Of a stretch of 64,000 bases of DNA, positions 23,072-37,230 are shown piece by piece. The translations under genes were made by a program, and so were the position numbers. Source of the stretch: Cystobasidiomycetes sp. EMM_F5 (Eukaryota); NCBI GenBank assembly GCA_051047955.1, contig JBPGPT010000031.1, positions 1-64,000 on the forward strand, written 5' to 3'. Every line of letters begins with the position of its first letter. The stretch's first letter is position 1. The notes below the pieces were generated by a model, which was given only the letters and a program-made list of their open reading frames with translations, was not told the origin of the DNA and did not search any database.

Positions 23072-24780
23072 TCACGGCTCGCCCAATCTTCGTTTCCGGA
23101 CAGCATGCTGGTAGCCGTGCGAATGCGCTTGATTCACTGAATCTGCATTCGGGTTGGCGCTTCCGACATGAGCGGCTCCTGCGACTGCTCCATGAGAAGG
23201 CCTGAGCGCTGCACTCGCACTACTGGCATTTGCGGTGTGCTGTCTGAGCGTGTGAGAGGTAAGATGAGCGTGAGCAGCAGCGGCAGCATTCAGCTTTGGA
23301 TCTGAATCATCGTGCGTGACTGTGAACATTACTCGAACGTCAGCGTGTACAATCGTTGATGAACTAGATGTCCATCGTACCTCTTCGTAGGGGATAACTT
23401 CCCGCCACCCATGCATTCCTACAATCCTGCACCTTCGGCTCTTCAGACCACCATGGATGACTTAGCGCTCTTCGTGCCGTAATGCGTGTGTTTGGGTCAT
23501 ATATCAGCAATGCACTTAGCAGGTCGAAACCTGCTGAGTTTGCCCCTCCTGCACCCGAGCCAGCAGGAGCTCGCTCAGAGTACCAATTGAACAGTCTGTT
23601 TGATGGATGGTTTGGCAGAGACGACAGCTGCGGAGCATCTGGAAGTGCATCGATGGAAGGATAGCGTTGTTTAGTGGGCGAACCCATGATTTCAAATATC
23701 TTTGAAAGTTGATCTCGCTGGAAGGGTATCCCACTTGCTTTTCGAGGCTGTACGCCTCCTGTCGCTAGAAGGACAGAAGCTGTACTTATCGTTGCGAGTG
23801 GCTCGGGCTTGGCTTCTTCGCCTTTGAACATGGGTCGATTGGCAATCAACTCGCCGTAGATGCAGCCTACGGACCAGACATCCACTGCAGTCGTGTAGTG
23901 GCGTGCGCCGAGCAAGAGGTCTGGAGGACGATACCATATCGTCACTACGACCTTGTCGCTTGTCCATAGAGATTGAAGTGGCGAGTGGTAGATGCGAGCC
24001 AAGCCCAAATCACCAATCTTGACTGTCCCATCAGAAGTGACGAGAATGTTTGCGGGCTTGAGATCGCGGTGGATGACCCAGTTATCGTGCAGGTAGACGA
24101 GGCCGTTGAGGAGTTGCCAGAGGAGAGACTTGAGTGTCGGCAGGGAGATGGACGTCCTGGTTGTGCTGTGTTGGTGAATGATCTGTAGAAAGTCGTGCTC
24201 GCTGTACTCGAAGACCATGTAGATTGCCCTATCCTCGAGGAGCACCTCTGACAGTGCTGTGAGGTTGACGTGCGATAGCTCGCGGTTGAGCTGTGCAGAC
24301 GTGAAATGAGCAAAGTCGCAGAGAAGAGTGTACTCGGCTGACCATAATCTCTCGAATGGCACTCTGGGATATGCCGGTATACGTGGGTCCAGAGGCTGAC
24401 TCTGAGCCGTCTGCCTTGAACTTTCTGACGATGCGGGGCTTCAATTATAAATTACAGCCTTGGAGGAGTTTCTTGCTCACTTGATGGCGCACAGCTGGAT
24501 ACGAGATTGTTTGGGAAACATCAGCCTTTCTCAGCGTCTTTAGCGTCAGTAATCAGCCATTTGCCTGTCCCACTGGCTTTGACGGATCCGATATTCTGAC
24601 TGAGGCTTTGTAAACGCGGCTGGCACATAATTCAGCCAGCTTTCGTTAGCCTATGTCATTGCCCACCCACCCATACGTCCCCGATGCCAGGAAACCCATT
24701 ATGTTGTACTTTTCCAGGATGCTCTGCCGCTTTGCGTCCTTTGCTGCCCTGTACGACTGCATACCGCTCGTCGGGGCCAT
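23072..24780 (-). CDS. SSN3: Mediator kinase Ssn3/Srb10/CDK8
   Basis: KYNIMGFLASGTYGRVYKA, YTGISQSAIREI, YSEHDFLQIIH, HRDLKPANIL, KIGDLGLAR, DKVVVTIWYR..LLLGARHYT, FKGEEAK, PFQRDQL. Confidence 0.95.
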
Positions 24781-25056
24781 TCTGACAGTTACATGGGTTG
24801 CATCGAGATGGTCGGGAGTCAAGGGTGTCAATAATTGCTGCTCGTCGTTTTAAATGATCGGGTCGGAATAATAAATGGATATATCTCTGCAACGCTCTGT
24901 AGGAGTGTCGAGATAGTTGGGATATAAGTAGCATACTCTCTCATCTACCGTCTAGTCTTTGTCGCATCCCGATATCACTCCATTTGCCCGACTTTTAATC
25001 TCCTCAAATCCAAGTTGTATTCTCCCCTCCTGGCTCTCCCTTTCGCCAACTACAAC

Positions 25057-28000
25057 ATGACCACCAATGATAATAACGACGATGCACCCCCCTACGCCTA
25101 CTCGTTCAGCGGGACATCCCTCGTCCAGACGGTCAGGACAGCGACTCCCGCAGCCGTCGAGCAGCTGTCCTTTAGGGAGCAGTTTGAATCCCCCCCGCGC
25201 TCAGCAGTCTACACGGCCGTCCGCGAGTACCTCTACAACTTTCTGCAGGATCCAGTGTACGCTCCCTACTTTGAGCCGTTTGTGAGGCTCGACGCAGCGG
25301 GAGAGGATACTGACGGCGTAGTCGACGACGACGACGAGACGCCCGAAGCGCACAGGTGGACGCTGAGGACGGCACAGGCAGCGTGCAGCCAGTCGGATGT
25401 GCCCGGAGAGTACTCCCCATCGAGAAAGGGCAAGCTGTGCGGCCACGTCTTTCGAGAGGGAGAGAATGTGTACAGGTGCAAAGAATGCTCGCTCGACGAT
25501 ACCTGCGTCCAGTGCGCAAAGTGCTTCAGGGCGTCAGATCACGATGGACATGAAGTGTCCTTTTCCATGCACTCGGGCGGCTGCGGGTGCTGCGACTGCG
25601 GCGACGTGGAAGCGTGGAGGACCGACGTAAAGTGTGGATTCCACCATCCACACACGCCGTATCCCGAGAGCAGCGACGACTGGAACGACAAGGTTCCCTC
25701 CGTCCCGCCAATCCAAGACGTGCCCGAAGAGGTGTCTCAGTACTTTCGTCTGCGAATACAGGAAGTCTTGCACTTCATCATCGAAGTGCTGTCCAAATTT
25801 CCCAGAGAAAGCAAACCCCCAGCAGACGCCAAAGACATCCTCCACCGGTACCCCGCCTTTCCGGAACGGCCCGACCCCACGAGTCCCGCCAACGCCTACA
25901 ACTACGACTTTGACAAGGACGGCTGGATTGGCTTTACCCCAGGCATAGGTCCCTGGACCGTCATCCTGCACAATGACGAAAAGCACTCTTACGAGCAAGT
26001 CGTTCAGCCGCTAGTGAGCAGTCTGCAATGCTCGCGGCAGCACGCGTACGCAGCAGCTTCACGCGTAGATCACTATGGCCTCGAAGCAGTAGCGACCAGC
26101 ACAAACGTGCAGAGGCTAAACAAGATTGCGAAAGCCATCTCTGCCATCGAGCTGGCAGTGACTATATGTGCTACGCGTGATCTCGTCATGCTCGAGACGG
26201 TCGGGCTCCTCATCGACTGGCTGAGAGACTTTGTATCCGTCAAGATTGGAGGTGATGAAGCATGGGCGGGGAGGTTGTTGGCACAAGTCTTCCTTCATCA
26301 ACAGTACAACATACTGCAAAAGCTCCTCTATCTTGAAGATCGGTTGTGGAAGCGAGCTCGAGGATCACTTCGCCGTATTCTCATGTCGCTCCTCGTCATT
26401 GGCTCGGACGTAAAGCTCCTCCTCGGCAGGCATTATGCCAACGTCTACCCATCCATCATGTCTTCCTATCTCCTTACTGACCGAGAGCCAGACAACACCG
26501 TCACTCAATTTACAGTCCAACTTTTCTCCTCTCCCAGTATCGCAGTCGATCTCGTCGACAGTCAGGGTCCAGATTTTCTCAAAGTGCCTGTCGAGTTTCT
26601 CTACTCCTTCTTTACCCAGCAATTTTACACGGTTGAAGGGGACCGCAAGGTGCAAATGCCACCTTCATACCTCAATCAATCCATCAATCCCGAATCCAGC
26701 AGCTTCAAGCACAAGCGTTACTATCACCTATTTTCAGACCTCGGCCATCTTCTCTCTCATCCAGGTGTGCAGGAGAGAATCGCAAACAATCTATGCGGCT
26801 TTAATCACATTACAGAGTTGCTGGCGTTATTTGACAGGATGAATCCCCTCTTCCGGGCTGCCACCCAGCACGTCGAGTATGAGAACGACTCGTGGGTCGC
26901 AGCTTTCAACCTGACCATCCAGCTCTCGAAACTAGCAAAGCATACGGGCAAAGCATTCCAAAGACTCCCGGTGCCCGAGGTCAAACCAGAGACGGAAGCC
27001 CCTTCCGCCGGACAATCTCGCCAAACATTTTGCGCAGCAATCTCCGAGATATATCGCAAGCTACACCTCTCATACACAAAAGTGAATCAGCTCGACATTG
27101 CTACCGATGACATTCATTTCGCCGGCAAGACGTTCCCAGTCATACGTTATGACGTTTCCTCGCAACCCATCAGTCTGCATCATCCTTTGCATCTTTTACT
27201 GGCGGAGATGCTCAAGAATTTGTATGTCTGGAGTGGATCGCATCTCAGCCAAATAGCAGAAGGAGTGCCCGTGCTGCAGCCTCGTAGGGGTCTACCATGG
27301 CATCTGGATCGGTTCTTGCTGTTGCGTATCCTCGATGAGATTCCACGTAGTGAGTACGCCCATGATCATTGCAATGCGCGCTGATCCTGTTTTTCTACAG
27401 CGCTCGCAATGTTGGCACAAATGCGAGCGGGGCTGTGGGTAAGGAATGGATTCAGCATCCGTGCTCAATACGTACATTATCGCGAACTCAACTTGCGAGA
27501 GTTCACCTACGACCAAGACATTTTCCTATTGCAAGCATCATTCGTCCTGCTCGATCCGGAGCAGCTTCTCGTTACCCTCATCCAACGCTTTGATTTGCGC
27601 TATACCCTCGAAACGGGCAAAGCTGGCAAGTTTGACGAATCACAGACTATCTCAATGATGGAAGAGCTGCTTTATACCTTGATTGTAGTCTTTTCGGAAG
27701 GAGGAGATGTGGAGGGTGCACCCATCGAAGCTGTCGTACGACGGGAGCTCATCCACGCCCTCCTACTCGGTCCACTCTCCTATTCCGAACTACTCAAAGT
27801 CGTGACAGAACGCGTGCACGAAGACGCATGCTTCGATGCTGTCCTCGCTACAGTTGCCACATTCAGGCCACCGAACCCGACTGTTGTGACTAGCGACGTC
27901 GGCGGGGTGTATGTGCTCAAGCGCGAATGTTATCCCGAAGCCGACCCATACTACTATCGATACGGGCGGAACCAGCGGGAAGAAGCTATGGGCATAAAGC

Positions 28001-30790
28001 AGACGGCCGACAAGACTGCGTACCTCCATCCTCCCGTCATCAAGCCTGCAGGAGCTTTTGCGAGCCAAAATACACAAGAAGGGACCAAATTCGGCTTGCT
28101 CGATACTCTGGGCACTACGACGTTTTTGTCTCTGTTGGCGAAAAGTATGCACTTTGCGGCTTCGTCAAACACCGCTCTGCACGAGACCATCATAGACTTG
28201 GTACTGCAACTCACCCTCATCGCTATTGCTCATCGACCCCAACAGTTCTGCATCATGCATGCGGGATGCGCTGAGCTGATTAGAGAGTTTGCAAAGCTCG
28301 AAATTGACGAAAGGGTCAAGGATCAACATGCTCGCATCAGCCACATCCTTGATACTATGAATTCCCTGCTACCATCTTTGGTTGGACAATATCGAAAATC
28401 TCGGGCAGAGAACGGCCGTGCTGGGGACAACATGACGGCTACTGCTAATGCGGCAGGGGTAGACGCGCAACGTGCAGCTGCTAAAGCGCGACAGGCTGCG
28501 ATCATGCAAAAATTTGCAGCTGCGCAGAAATCTTTGATGGCAGACATGGAGTCTTCGGACGAGGACGAAGACGACAAGGAGATCAAGGTCGACGCAGATC
28601 AGTCCGGTGATGCCAGCATGATTGATGCAACAGCCGACACAACTATTACATCTGAAACACGCAAGAAAGTGAAAACGGTCGTCAGCGCGGGTAGCTGCAT
28701 AATGTGTCAGGAGGATCTGAATTCGCTCCAGCCTTTCGGAAGCCTAGTCCTCATACAAACGAGCAGCTTGATCCGACTGAGCGTGGGTGGGAGCTACGTT
28801 GACGAAATTTCACAACTTCCTACAGATCTCGACAGGAGCGCGGATGACATTCGTCCATTTGGCATGGCGGGAATCCCCACAAGCGAGAAGGAAGGTTTGG
28901 GGGGAGTTGCGGCTGGATTTCCCCGTCAGACGAAGCCTGGCTTGTTTGCGTCTTCCTGCGGCCACATGATGCACTCGTCATGCTTTTCTACGTATTGCAA
29001 GTCCATCACTCATCGCCACTCACACCAGTCTACACGCAACCATCCCGAAAATCCTCAGCGTATGGAATTCATCTGCCCTTTGTGCAAGAGCCTAGGTAAT
29101 GTCCTGCTGCCTCTGGCAGGAGGCATCTCTACCATTCCTGATCAGCCAAAGTCTGCAATCGATGTCGGCGATTGGTTGAATCTAAGACGGAACAGCTTCA
29201 GCTCCCAAGTCATACCAGATCCTGATGGCTCTGGGTCAGATGAGATGCCAGGCCAGATGAAAGCTTGGCAAATTTCACCAAATCTATCGTCTGCGATCGA
29301 CAGTTCCGACAAGGACGAAGACGAGGTCCTGCTGTATAACCGCAAGTCGACGGAGCGGAATATGATCCAGCGTTTCCTTAAAGTTGTGGCGCCACTCGAT
29401 GCTGAGCGGCACTTTTTCGACGCGGGCGCCACGTCCTTACCGCGAATGATTCCCCACGAATTGCTTCATTATACTGTCGCAGTTACGGAGATCGGCCTTC
29501 GGGGCAAGGCGACAGGAACGTTAGGACCGAGTAGTCTTCCTGAACCTACGTCAAGACTCATATGCAGCCTATTCGGTATACTCAAGCATCTTCTGATTCT
29601 GAATAACGGATCCGATGCGGTCGGGCACGCTCGAGCACGACTAATGAAGAATATGACTGGCGATGGCGACGGTCTCTTCCTTGAGAAAGATCCGTTAACG
29701 GCTCTTATCGAGATTGTTGCAGTCTCGCCCGAGAACTTCTACTACGCTGCCATCATTACCTTCTACTCGCACCTCCTACGCGTTGCGTATGCCTTGTCCT
29801 GGGCTGAAGAGTGTCTAGACATGGGAACACAAGAGGACACAGCTTTGGCTGAGTTTGCCATGCTCGTCTCGGACTCCCGAGCGACTCGTCTATCACTCTA
29901 CACCGATGATCGCGAACAGGGCGTTTGGCGAGAGCGGACAGTCAGCATCGCCAGACAGATACATGCACATGCCTTGCCGTTCCTCCGTCGCGTGGCGCTC
30001 ATTCACGCCGCCCTCTTTCCTGCCATTCAACCTCCATCCGACACTGCTGAAGATAGCGAATTCATCCGTCTCCTGTCTTTCCTCAAAATACCACACCCTC
30101 GTCAGGTCTGGGGACGAAAACACGGCAAACAACCTGAGGGAGTATCTGGCCTGCAAGGTTTGCTCGAATACATGGACTCGAAGTGGTTGCCTCAAGGACA
30201 GCCATTCTACCAGGACGAAAAGCGAAACCAGGTAAAGCTAGAACACCCTGTCATATACGAACTCCTGGGACTTCCTCGTCGTCTTGATCAGCTAATTGAA
30301 AGTACCTCGACACGGCGGTGCAACAATTGCAAGACCGTGCCGCAAGAGCCAGCGATTTGTCTTATTTGCGGCGAGTTGGTCTGTCAACAGTCCTTCTGCT
30401 GCTCCGACCGCGATGACCCGGACGAATCATACCACGGCGAATGTAATACTCACATGTGGACGTGTGGCTCGTCGATGGGAATATACCTTCTCGTGCGCAA
30501 ATGCGCAATTATCTATCTGTTTGCCGACAAAGGCAGCTTCGCGACAGCCCCATATCTAGATGCTCATGGCGAATCTGATCTTGGGCTGAGGTAAATAAGA
30601 CGACATAAGATGCTGCCCGTATGTGACGTTGCTTATGTATTTATTTGTCCTCAGAAAACGTAGGCCACTGTTCTTGTCTGCCGCTCGCTACGAAGAAATC
30701 AGAAAGCAGTGGCTCAGTCACTCTGTAGCAACTACCGTTGCCCGTCGCTTGGAGTCTAGTCACGACTCTGGGGGATGGGCTACATTTTAA
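25057..30790 (+). CDS. UBR1: N-degron pathway E3 ubiquitin ligase Ubr1
   Basis: UBR box (CGHVFREGENVYRCKECSLDDTCVQC..GGCGCCDCGD.EAW), ClpS-like ILHNDEKHSY, GLWVRNG, RING (CIMC..SSCGHMMHSSC..EFICPLCKSLGN), C-terminal PYLDAHGESD; introns ~27350-27400 and 30591-30654. Confidence 0.96.
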
Positions 30791-31068
30791 TGACTCAGCA
30801 AGGTCAGTTCGTGCGATCAAGTCAAATTGATTGGTCTCAAGCTAACGGTGCGCGAAGGCAGTTGTAGCATCATATGTACGCAGTATGTAGCACCGCAGGG
30901 CAGTGACGCCACGCCAAGCATCTCGTTTTGTTCTCGTCGTTCAATGCAGACTGTCATATCTCAATTGCTCGTTGTAACACTACTAGCACCATGTACGCTT
31001 TCTGACAGATATCCACTACTGCTGCAAATTCCCAATGTTACATGTTGGCTGCATTCCCAGAGGCCATC

Positions 31069-34000
31069 TCAATCCCATCCGTCTGCCGCCGGTGTCGCGA
31101 CAGATGCATACGGTGTTGGTGCAGAAGCTGGCGTTGGAGCAGAGTAGGCATCCCATGTTTCAGGCGCAGGTGTTGGCGCAGCAAAAGCCGCAGCCGGTGT
31201 TGGAGCAGACTCCGGCTGTGCCGAAGCCCACGGATCAGGCGCCGCCGCTGAAATAGATGGACGGCTGCTTGGCTCTTCGCTTTCCCATCCGTAACCTCCA
31301 GCCGCGGGCGTGGGTGCCGATGCGGCGGGCGTTGGCGCAGACAGCGCAGCCGATGGTGCTTGTGGCCGTGCCCAGTTGTTGCTGCTTCTTTGATTGTTGC
31401 TAGTTGCATTCGGCTGATATGCAGGCGATGCTGAGCCCCATGCGTCTGGCTGTGATGGTGCTGCAGGTACGTAAGCCGGCGAAGCGGATGCCCAAGGATC
31501 CGGAGCAGAGCTTGATGTGCCAGCACTGCTCCCAAACGGCGTCGCACCTCCATAATTCGCACCACTGCCACCTGCAGCTCCGCTGAATGGCGTCCGTGAA
31601 GACGCCGAAAAGGCTTGTCCACCGCTGGCCGTAAACGGTGTGGCAGATGAAGCGGCAAATGAGTCGCGTCCGCCATACGCAGGCGTCCGGCCTGACGCAT
31701 ATGGAGTTGCACTGCCAGCTCCGAAGGCCCCGAATGGTGTAGCTCCGCCAGCGCCGAAAGGAGTCGCGCTTCCGTATCCTCCGCCGAAGGGTGTTGCACC
31801 TCCTCCCCGGTATGCTGGTGTCCTGTTATGAAGCCATCGATCAGAAGATGCAGAGGTGTGCAGCAAGGAATGTAGGCATACTTTCCAGACGAATAGCCCA
31901 TCGGCGTCTGACCGGTAGGCGTCTGACCCGGTCGACGGGCGTACAAGGGTGACTGTTCATTAGGATTGTCGCTGCCGTAAGCCCGTGGCCTGCCACGAGA
32001 AGCGCGTTCGGCTTCCCAGGCTGAGAGGGGAATGAGAGCTCCCGATACGGGTCTGCAAAGAGAAGGATTCACTGAATGCACTTGACGGCAGGCACGATCA
32101 GTAGACTCACCCGATCGCACCCAGCTTATTCCGCTCAATTGTGATTGTCTTCATGTTTGTGTGAAGTTCCACGCGAGCCAGTTGGCCATTTAGATCTTTT
32201 ATTATGCCCTTGTACGTCTTGTGAGGCCCCTTGATCACCGTTACGGCCAATCCGAGGGCCAATTCTCTGCCGCCTCTAGCTGGAGTTGCGCCACCCATCA
32301 TACCGCTTTGTAACAGGGCATTCTGTGCTTGCAAGTCAGGGTTCAGCCTTGAGAGATCCGATAAGCCAGAAGCAAGCTTGTTGCCTCGCGGTGCGATAGA
32401 TCCCAGATAGCGAGCGTAGGTCACAAAGACACCGCCATTCTCTACGATGTTTCGATCGTGCAGGAAAGCGTATAAAGAACGATATACGTGCAAGATACGC
32501 CCCTGGCGAGGGTTCTGACCCTACAAATAGTCGTGCGTCAGTAATGAATTTTCACAAGTGTTACACAGCGCATAGCTCACGCCACGTGAAATCTCCTTGA
32601 CTTGATCTCCCACACGAAGCTCGTAGCCTTCGGAATCTGTCGCCACTGCTCGTCGCGTATCGAGCTTATCTGTTATCTGCAGCGGTTTCACCGAACGCAC
32701 AGCACCGTTCTGATCCAAGACTTTGAATGCCGATGGTTCAATCTTGAAAATGACACCGCACGTCTCGGCATCCAGTTGAACTAGATCATGCAATTCGTAC
32801 TGTCCAAAGTTGGTCGAACCTGACCCTACCTCTGCGGCTTCTCGAATGTCCTTGCTGAAGACGGTCACTTCCTGCACACTCAGGTCTGACAGGAAAGTGA
32901 CCAGGTCGCCAGAGACTGTGAGAACTAGACCTGATTCATTCACGTTTTTGCCTCGCATAACCTTGACGTGATCACCCGACTTGAAGCGTTTTCTAACTTG
33001 GTGAGATAGCACTTCAATTTTCGTTCCCGCGAGGTCGGAAGGTTCGGTAGGGCTGAGAACGACGACATCGTTCTGTATAGAGTCAATTGTACCGATGATA
33101 CCTTTCTGAGAACCTTCGTAGATTTCGACGTAATCACCGGGTTGCAGCACTGTTTGGGCTTTCGCAGCATCTGCCACGAGATTGAGATCCAGACGATTAG
33201 CTCCTGAGCCGAGAGCTGCTTCTCCATCTTCCCCGTTTGCGCCAGAGCCGGAGGTGGCAGACTCTCCCATGAACCGGGTGATTTCGTCGATAGTTGGATT
33301 GACTTGCTCTCGGTCGATCGCCGTAAGTCTAAAGTCCTTGATAAGGTAGCCATTCGCATACAGCTCTCGCTCAAAGTGAAAACCCTCCGAGTCCTTCTGC
33401 ACTTTGGCTTTGCCCGCATACGCCTGACGGACTTCTTCGGCATTGAAGAATTTGGGAGGTGGACGGAAGAGAATGGATTCAGAAGCTGCAGGCCGTCGAC
33501 GCTTCTTGTTATCCTTGTCTTTCTCTCGCTCCTTTTCCTGCAGAGGCGAAGTGTCAGCGTGATGAGTTGAGATGAAGCTTTTACACGGCCACTGTGCTCA
33601 CCTCGTCCTTCTCGTCCTTCGGGTTCAGGTTAATGCGCGGGACAATTTTAAGGGTCACAGTATCTGTTCCTTCTGGGACGTCGTCTATCTGGGCGAGGTC
33701 TCCTTTGTATGTACCGCGCTTGATACGCACCCAGCCTCCGACGGTGATTGGCGTTTCTTTCCGCTTGCTCTTGAGAAGATCCGCCATCTCCCCTATGGGA
33801 ATGAGAGCAAAGGGCGTAGACATGTAGATGCCGATGAGGCCGGTCACTGCTTCTCGTACGTGCGCTTCGGATCGCGCTTCCACGTAGAGATGGCCATAGA
33901 AGGAGTCGCGCTGAAAGGCAGATGTGATTTGAAGGTTTTCGACCAGTGACTTGCGGGCAATCGACATGACGAGCTCTCGTTCTCGGCCAATCTGCAGTGA

Positions 34001-35153
34001 AAGACGTAACAAAGACGGAGGAGGGAAGAAGAAAAAGAGGAAGTGGGAAGAGGGAAGGAGATGAATAGAGATAGAGTAGAAGAGAAAAGAGAGAAAGAGA
34101 GGAAGAAAGAAAGAGAGAATGAAAGAAAGAGAGGAGAGAAAAAGAGAAAGAGAGAAAGAGAGAAAGAGAGAAAGAGAGAAAGAGAGAAAGAGAGAAAGAG
34201 AGACGGAGAGAAAGAGAGAAACAGTGAGAAGATCAAAGAGAGAAAGAGTACGGGGTCACACATCGCACACAAAAATACCATCAATCAGAAGCTGAGAGGG
34301 CACCCTATCAATGCCATGACGGCAGCACTCACCTTGCATTTTACTCTCCATATATTTGGATCGTTTACGCCCGGCATGAGTACGCTCTTTGGGGCAAACT
34401 CGGACATTGCCTGTAGACCGCCGATGCCTGTTCCTCTTCTCTGCCTGTGTCTCTCCTTGTACTCCCTCGCAATCCGCATTGCCTCTGCTTCCTCCTTGTC
34501 TCGTGCTCGACGCTCATAGTCGCGATGGTCCCTCTCGTCGCCCGCTCCTACAGCTTCATCCTCTTCGAACGTATCGGGCACAATCATTCCTGACCGCCCA
34601 CCACGTTGCCGTTCGAGGTCGGCAGCTGCCTCTTCGTACCCAGCCTCACCGGCCTCGTCGTCATCCTCCTCCTCTTCATCCTCGTCCACCTCTACTTCAA
34701 TATCTAGGAATTTGTTTGCCTTGATGCGGCGTTTCTGAGTGTATGTAAAGAGGGTAGTCGAGTGTATTCGAGTAGAATAACCGCATAAAGGGTATTTAGT
34801 GATTGAATCGTCAGCCATTTCGGCCAATCAGCCTAATCATGACCCATTCGCACCTTCTTCTTTGGCCTGCCGCCCTGCTCTTCTTCTTCGTCGTCCTCGT
34901 CCTCTTCATCGTCTTCGTCCTCTTCGTCGTCCTCATCCTCCTCGTCGTCCTGCCCGTCCTCGTCGTCGCCGTTGTCCCCTCCAGCCCTGTTTGCATTCGT
35001 AGGATCCCCCGACGTCTCGCCGTCATCCCCGTCGTTGTCCTCGTCCACTGCAGCTCCTCCCCTGCCTGCCTCCAACCCTTGCCCTCCCTCGTCGTCGTCC
35101 TGATGGCTCACTCCCATTCCTCGGGGAACCTGTCCCTCGTCGTCGCTCGACAT
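31069..35153 (-). CDS. SPT5: Transcription elongation factor Spt5
   Basis: Acidic N-terminus, NGN domain ([29 protein letters not shown]), KOW motifs (WVRIKRGTYKGDLAQI, KRFKSGDHVKV, VIKGPHKTYKGIIKD..ARVELH), Gly/Thr-Pro-rich C-terminal repeats. Confidence 0.96.
34011..34248. repeat. ~240-bp polypurine/polypyrimidine tract (GA-rich, ~8-nt AGAGAAAG periodicity) inside an SPT5 intron
   Basis: Almost exclusively A/G on + strand; lies within intron 33992-34332 of SPT5. Confidence 0.9.
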
Positions 35154-35336
35154 TGTGGATGGGAGGGAGTGCAGTGCAGTGTTGAATGATAATGAATTAG
35201 AATGAATTATAATCAATTATAATCAGTGATTATCAGTTGGTTGATTGGCTGGTCGGAGCAGAGGAGAGCTTGAATTGAAATCAGATTATTGTTCAAGTAA
35301 ATACAAAGCTTTCTTTCTTTCTTTCCTTCAACCAAC

Positions 35337-37230
35337 ATGACCATGTACCACGCATGCAGGCAGTCTGCTACGCCGAGCTCACTCTCAACAACGAGAATAC
35401 GCGCAGCCATCCAGTTTATACTCGAGCGGGCGAATGTGGAATGGAAATACAGACAAACACCCTCAAAAGGACGCCATAACCACTCTCGCACTCTTTTCAC
35501 AACCCGCTCTCACTCCCACTCGTCCATACAGACCTTTCCCACTCCAAACGGGCTCATCCGGGTCGCCTTGAACAATCCAGCCCTCGTCGGTGTAGCCCAG
35601 TCGCGCAACGAGCGGCCGTACCAGGAAGACGCGTACGCTGTATGCTCGCTCAGCCTCCCCTCGCACGAAGTAGCCAGAGCTCTCGACAGTTCAGAGGGCG
35701 TCCTCCGGGGAAAAGAAGCGATAGAAGCTATAAAGCCATCGTCCGTCAGCTCGTACGCTTCGACGGGGAGGAACGAAGCTGCAGTCCTGCGCAAGACGAG
35801 GACGAGCAGGGAGAAGCTGAGAAGGCTCACAGAAGACGAAGCGGGGCCGGGAAGGATACCCGGAGACACAAATGCCGATGCCGATGATTCAAACATCAAC
35901 GACGAAATGGACGAAGCGGCGTCGCAGACCCATCTCCCGAAATCACAACCAAAAACACCCTCAGAATCACTCGCCGCGGCTCTGTTGGCAGACTCGCCGG
36001 ATGGACCACTCGAGCAGGTCGTGTATTGCGGAGTCTTTGACGGACACGGGGGCAGTAAAGTCGCACAGTACCTCTCGTCAAATCTACACGCCCACATCCT
36101 GTCGGCCAGGCAGGACAATCTCGAACCGATAATGACCGCCTACAGGGATCTCGGCGGATACCTGCGACGGTACAGAGGGGGCATTCTATCCGATTTCGTA
36201 TCTCAACCGCTCGGTCCAGCTCACATGCGACGACTGGAGGAGATGCGGAGGAGAGGAGAGGATACGAGTAAATGGGACAGAGAGATTATGCCGAATGTCG
36301 AAGAAGGAGAGCTTTGGAGTCTCCATCAACGAATACATGCAGCCTACCTCGAAGCAGATTTGGAGGTACTGAAACAGGAAGAAAAGTAGGTCAGAGACAG
36401 TATAGAACTTATAGCCCGCTGATACTAGCCCGCTGAACTCTGTTTGTCCTACAGAGCCGGAGCAGTAGCGACAGTCTGTCTACTACACTCCCTCCCTCCT
36501 ACGTCGGCACCTCACTCCCAGCCCGTTCCATTCTATGCAGCTGAACGACTTCATCTCCTGACCGCACACCTTGGAGATACTCGTGCACTCCTCTGCACGA
36601 CGCCAGAAGGGACTGCCATCCAATTGACGGAAACCCATCATCCGGATGCGCGAAGCGAGACGGACAGACTCATGAAGATCCGGACGGGAGCAGTGGCAGA
36701 CAGTTTCGGCGAAGTACGTTGCGACTTTATTGCGTTATTCGTCAAGCTCACACGACGCTGATGATGCGTGCGCACAGACCCGCTGGGCAGGAACGCTTGC
36801 AAATACGCGCGGTTTCGGTGACGGGCACTACAAAGCGTTGGGAGTATTTGCAGAACCGGCCATCGTCTCACGCATCATCGAACCTGCATCCTCTGCGGCG
36901 TTTGTCGTCATGTTTAGCGACGGCGTTTCAGAATCGCTGTCGGATCAGGAAGTGGTGGATCTGGTTCGAAGCGAAAAGAGGCCAGATAAAGCTGCAAAGA
37001 AGGTCGTGGAGTTTGCAGAGAGTGTTGGGTCGTGAGCGAGCGATCTCTTTCGATGATACAATGCTTGTGCTAATTATTCCGTCGTGGGCCACAGACAAGA
37101 CAACATCACGTGCCTGGTCATTCCGCTGCCGGGATGGGGGAGCACTACCGGAGACGACACTACGCTAGCTCGTCGTGAGTTTAGGCTGGCCAACTTTGAA
37201 GGAACGAGCAACCGCAGTCGCCGGATGTGA
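35337..37230 (+). CDS. PP2C/PPM-family protein phosphatase, Ptc6-like (probably mitochondrial)
   Basis: RNERPYQED, YCGVFDGHGG, GAVATV, AHLGDTRALLC, LANTRGFGD, FSDGVS, QDNIT motifs; Arg/Ser-rich N-terminus. Confidence 0.88.

Noticed and set aside
33844..34519. ORFs 33844-34284 (FSLSLF-rich) and 34043-34519 (KERE-rich)
   Set aside because: Translations of the GA/CT repeat inside the SPT5 intron; not genes
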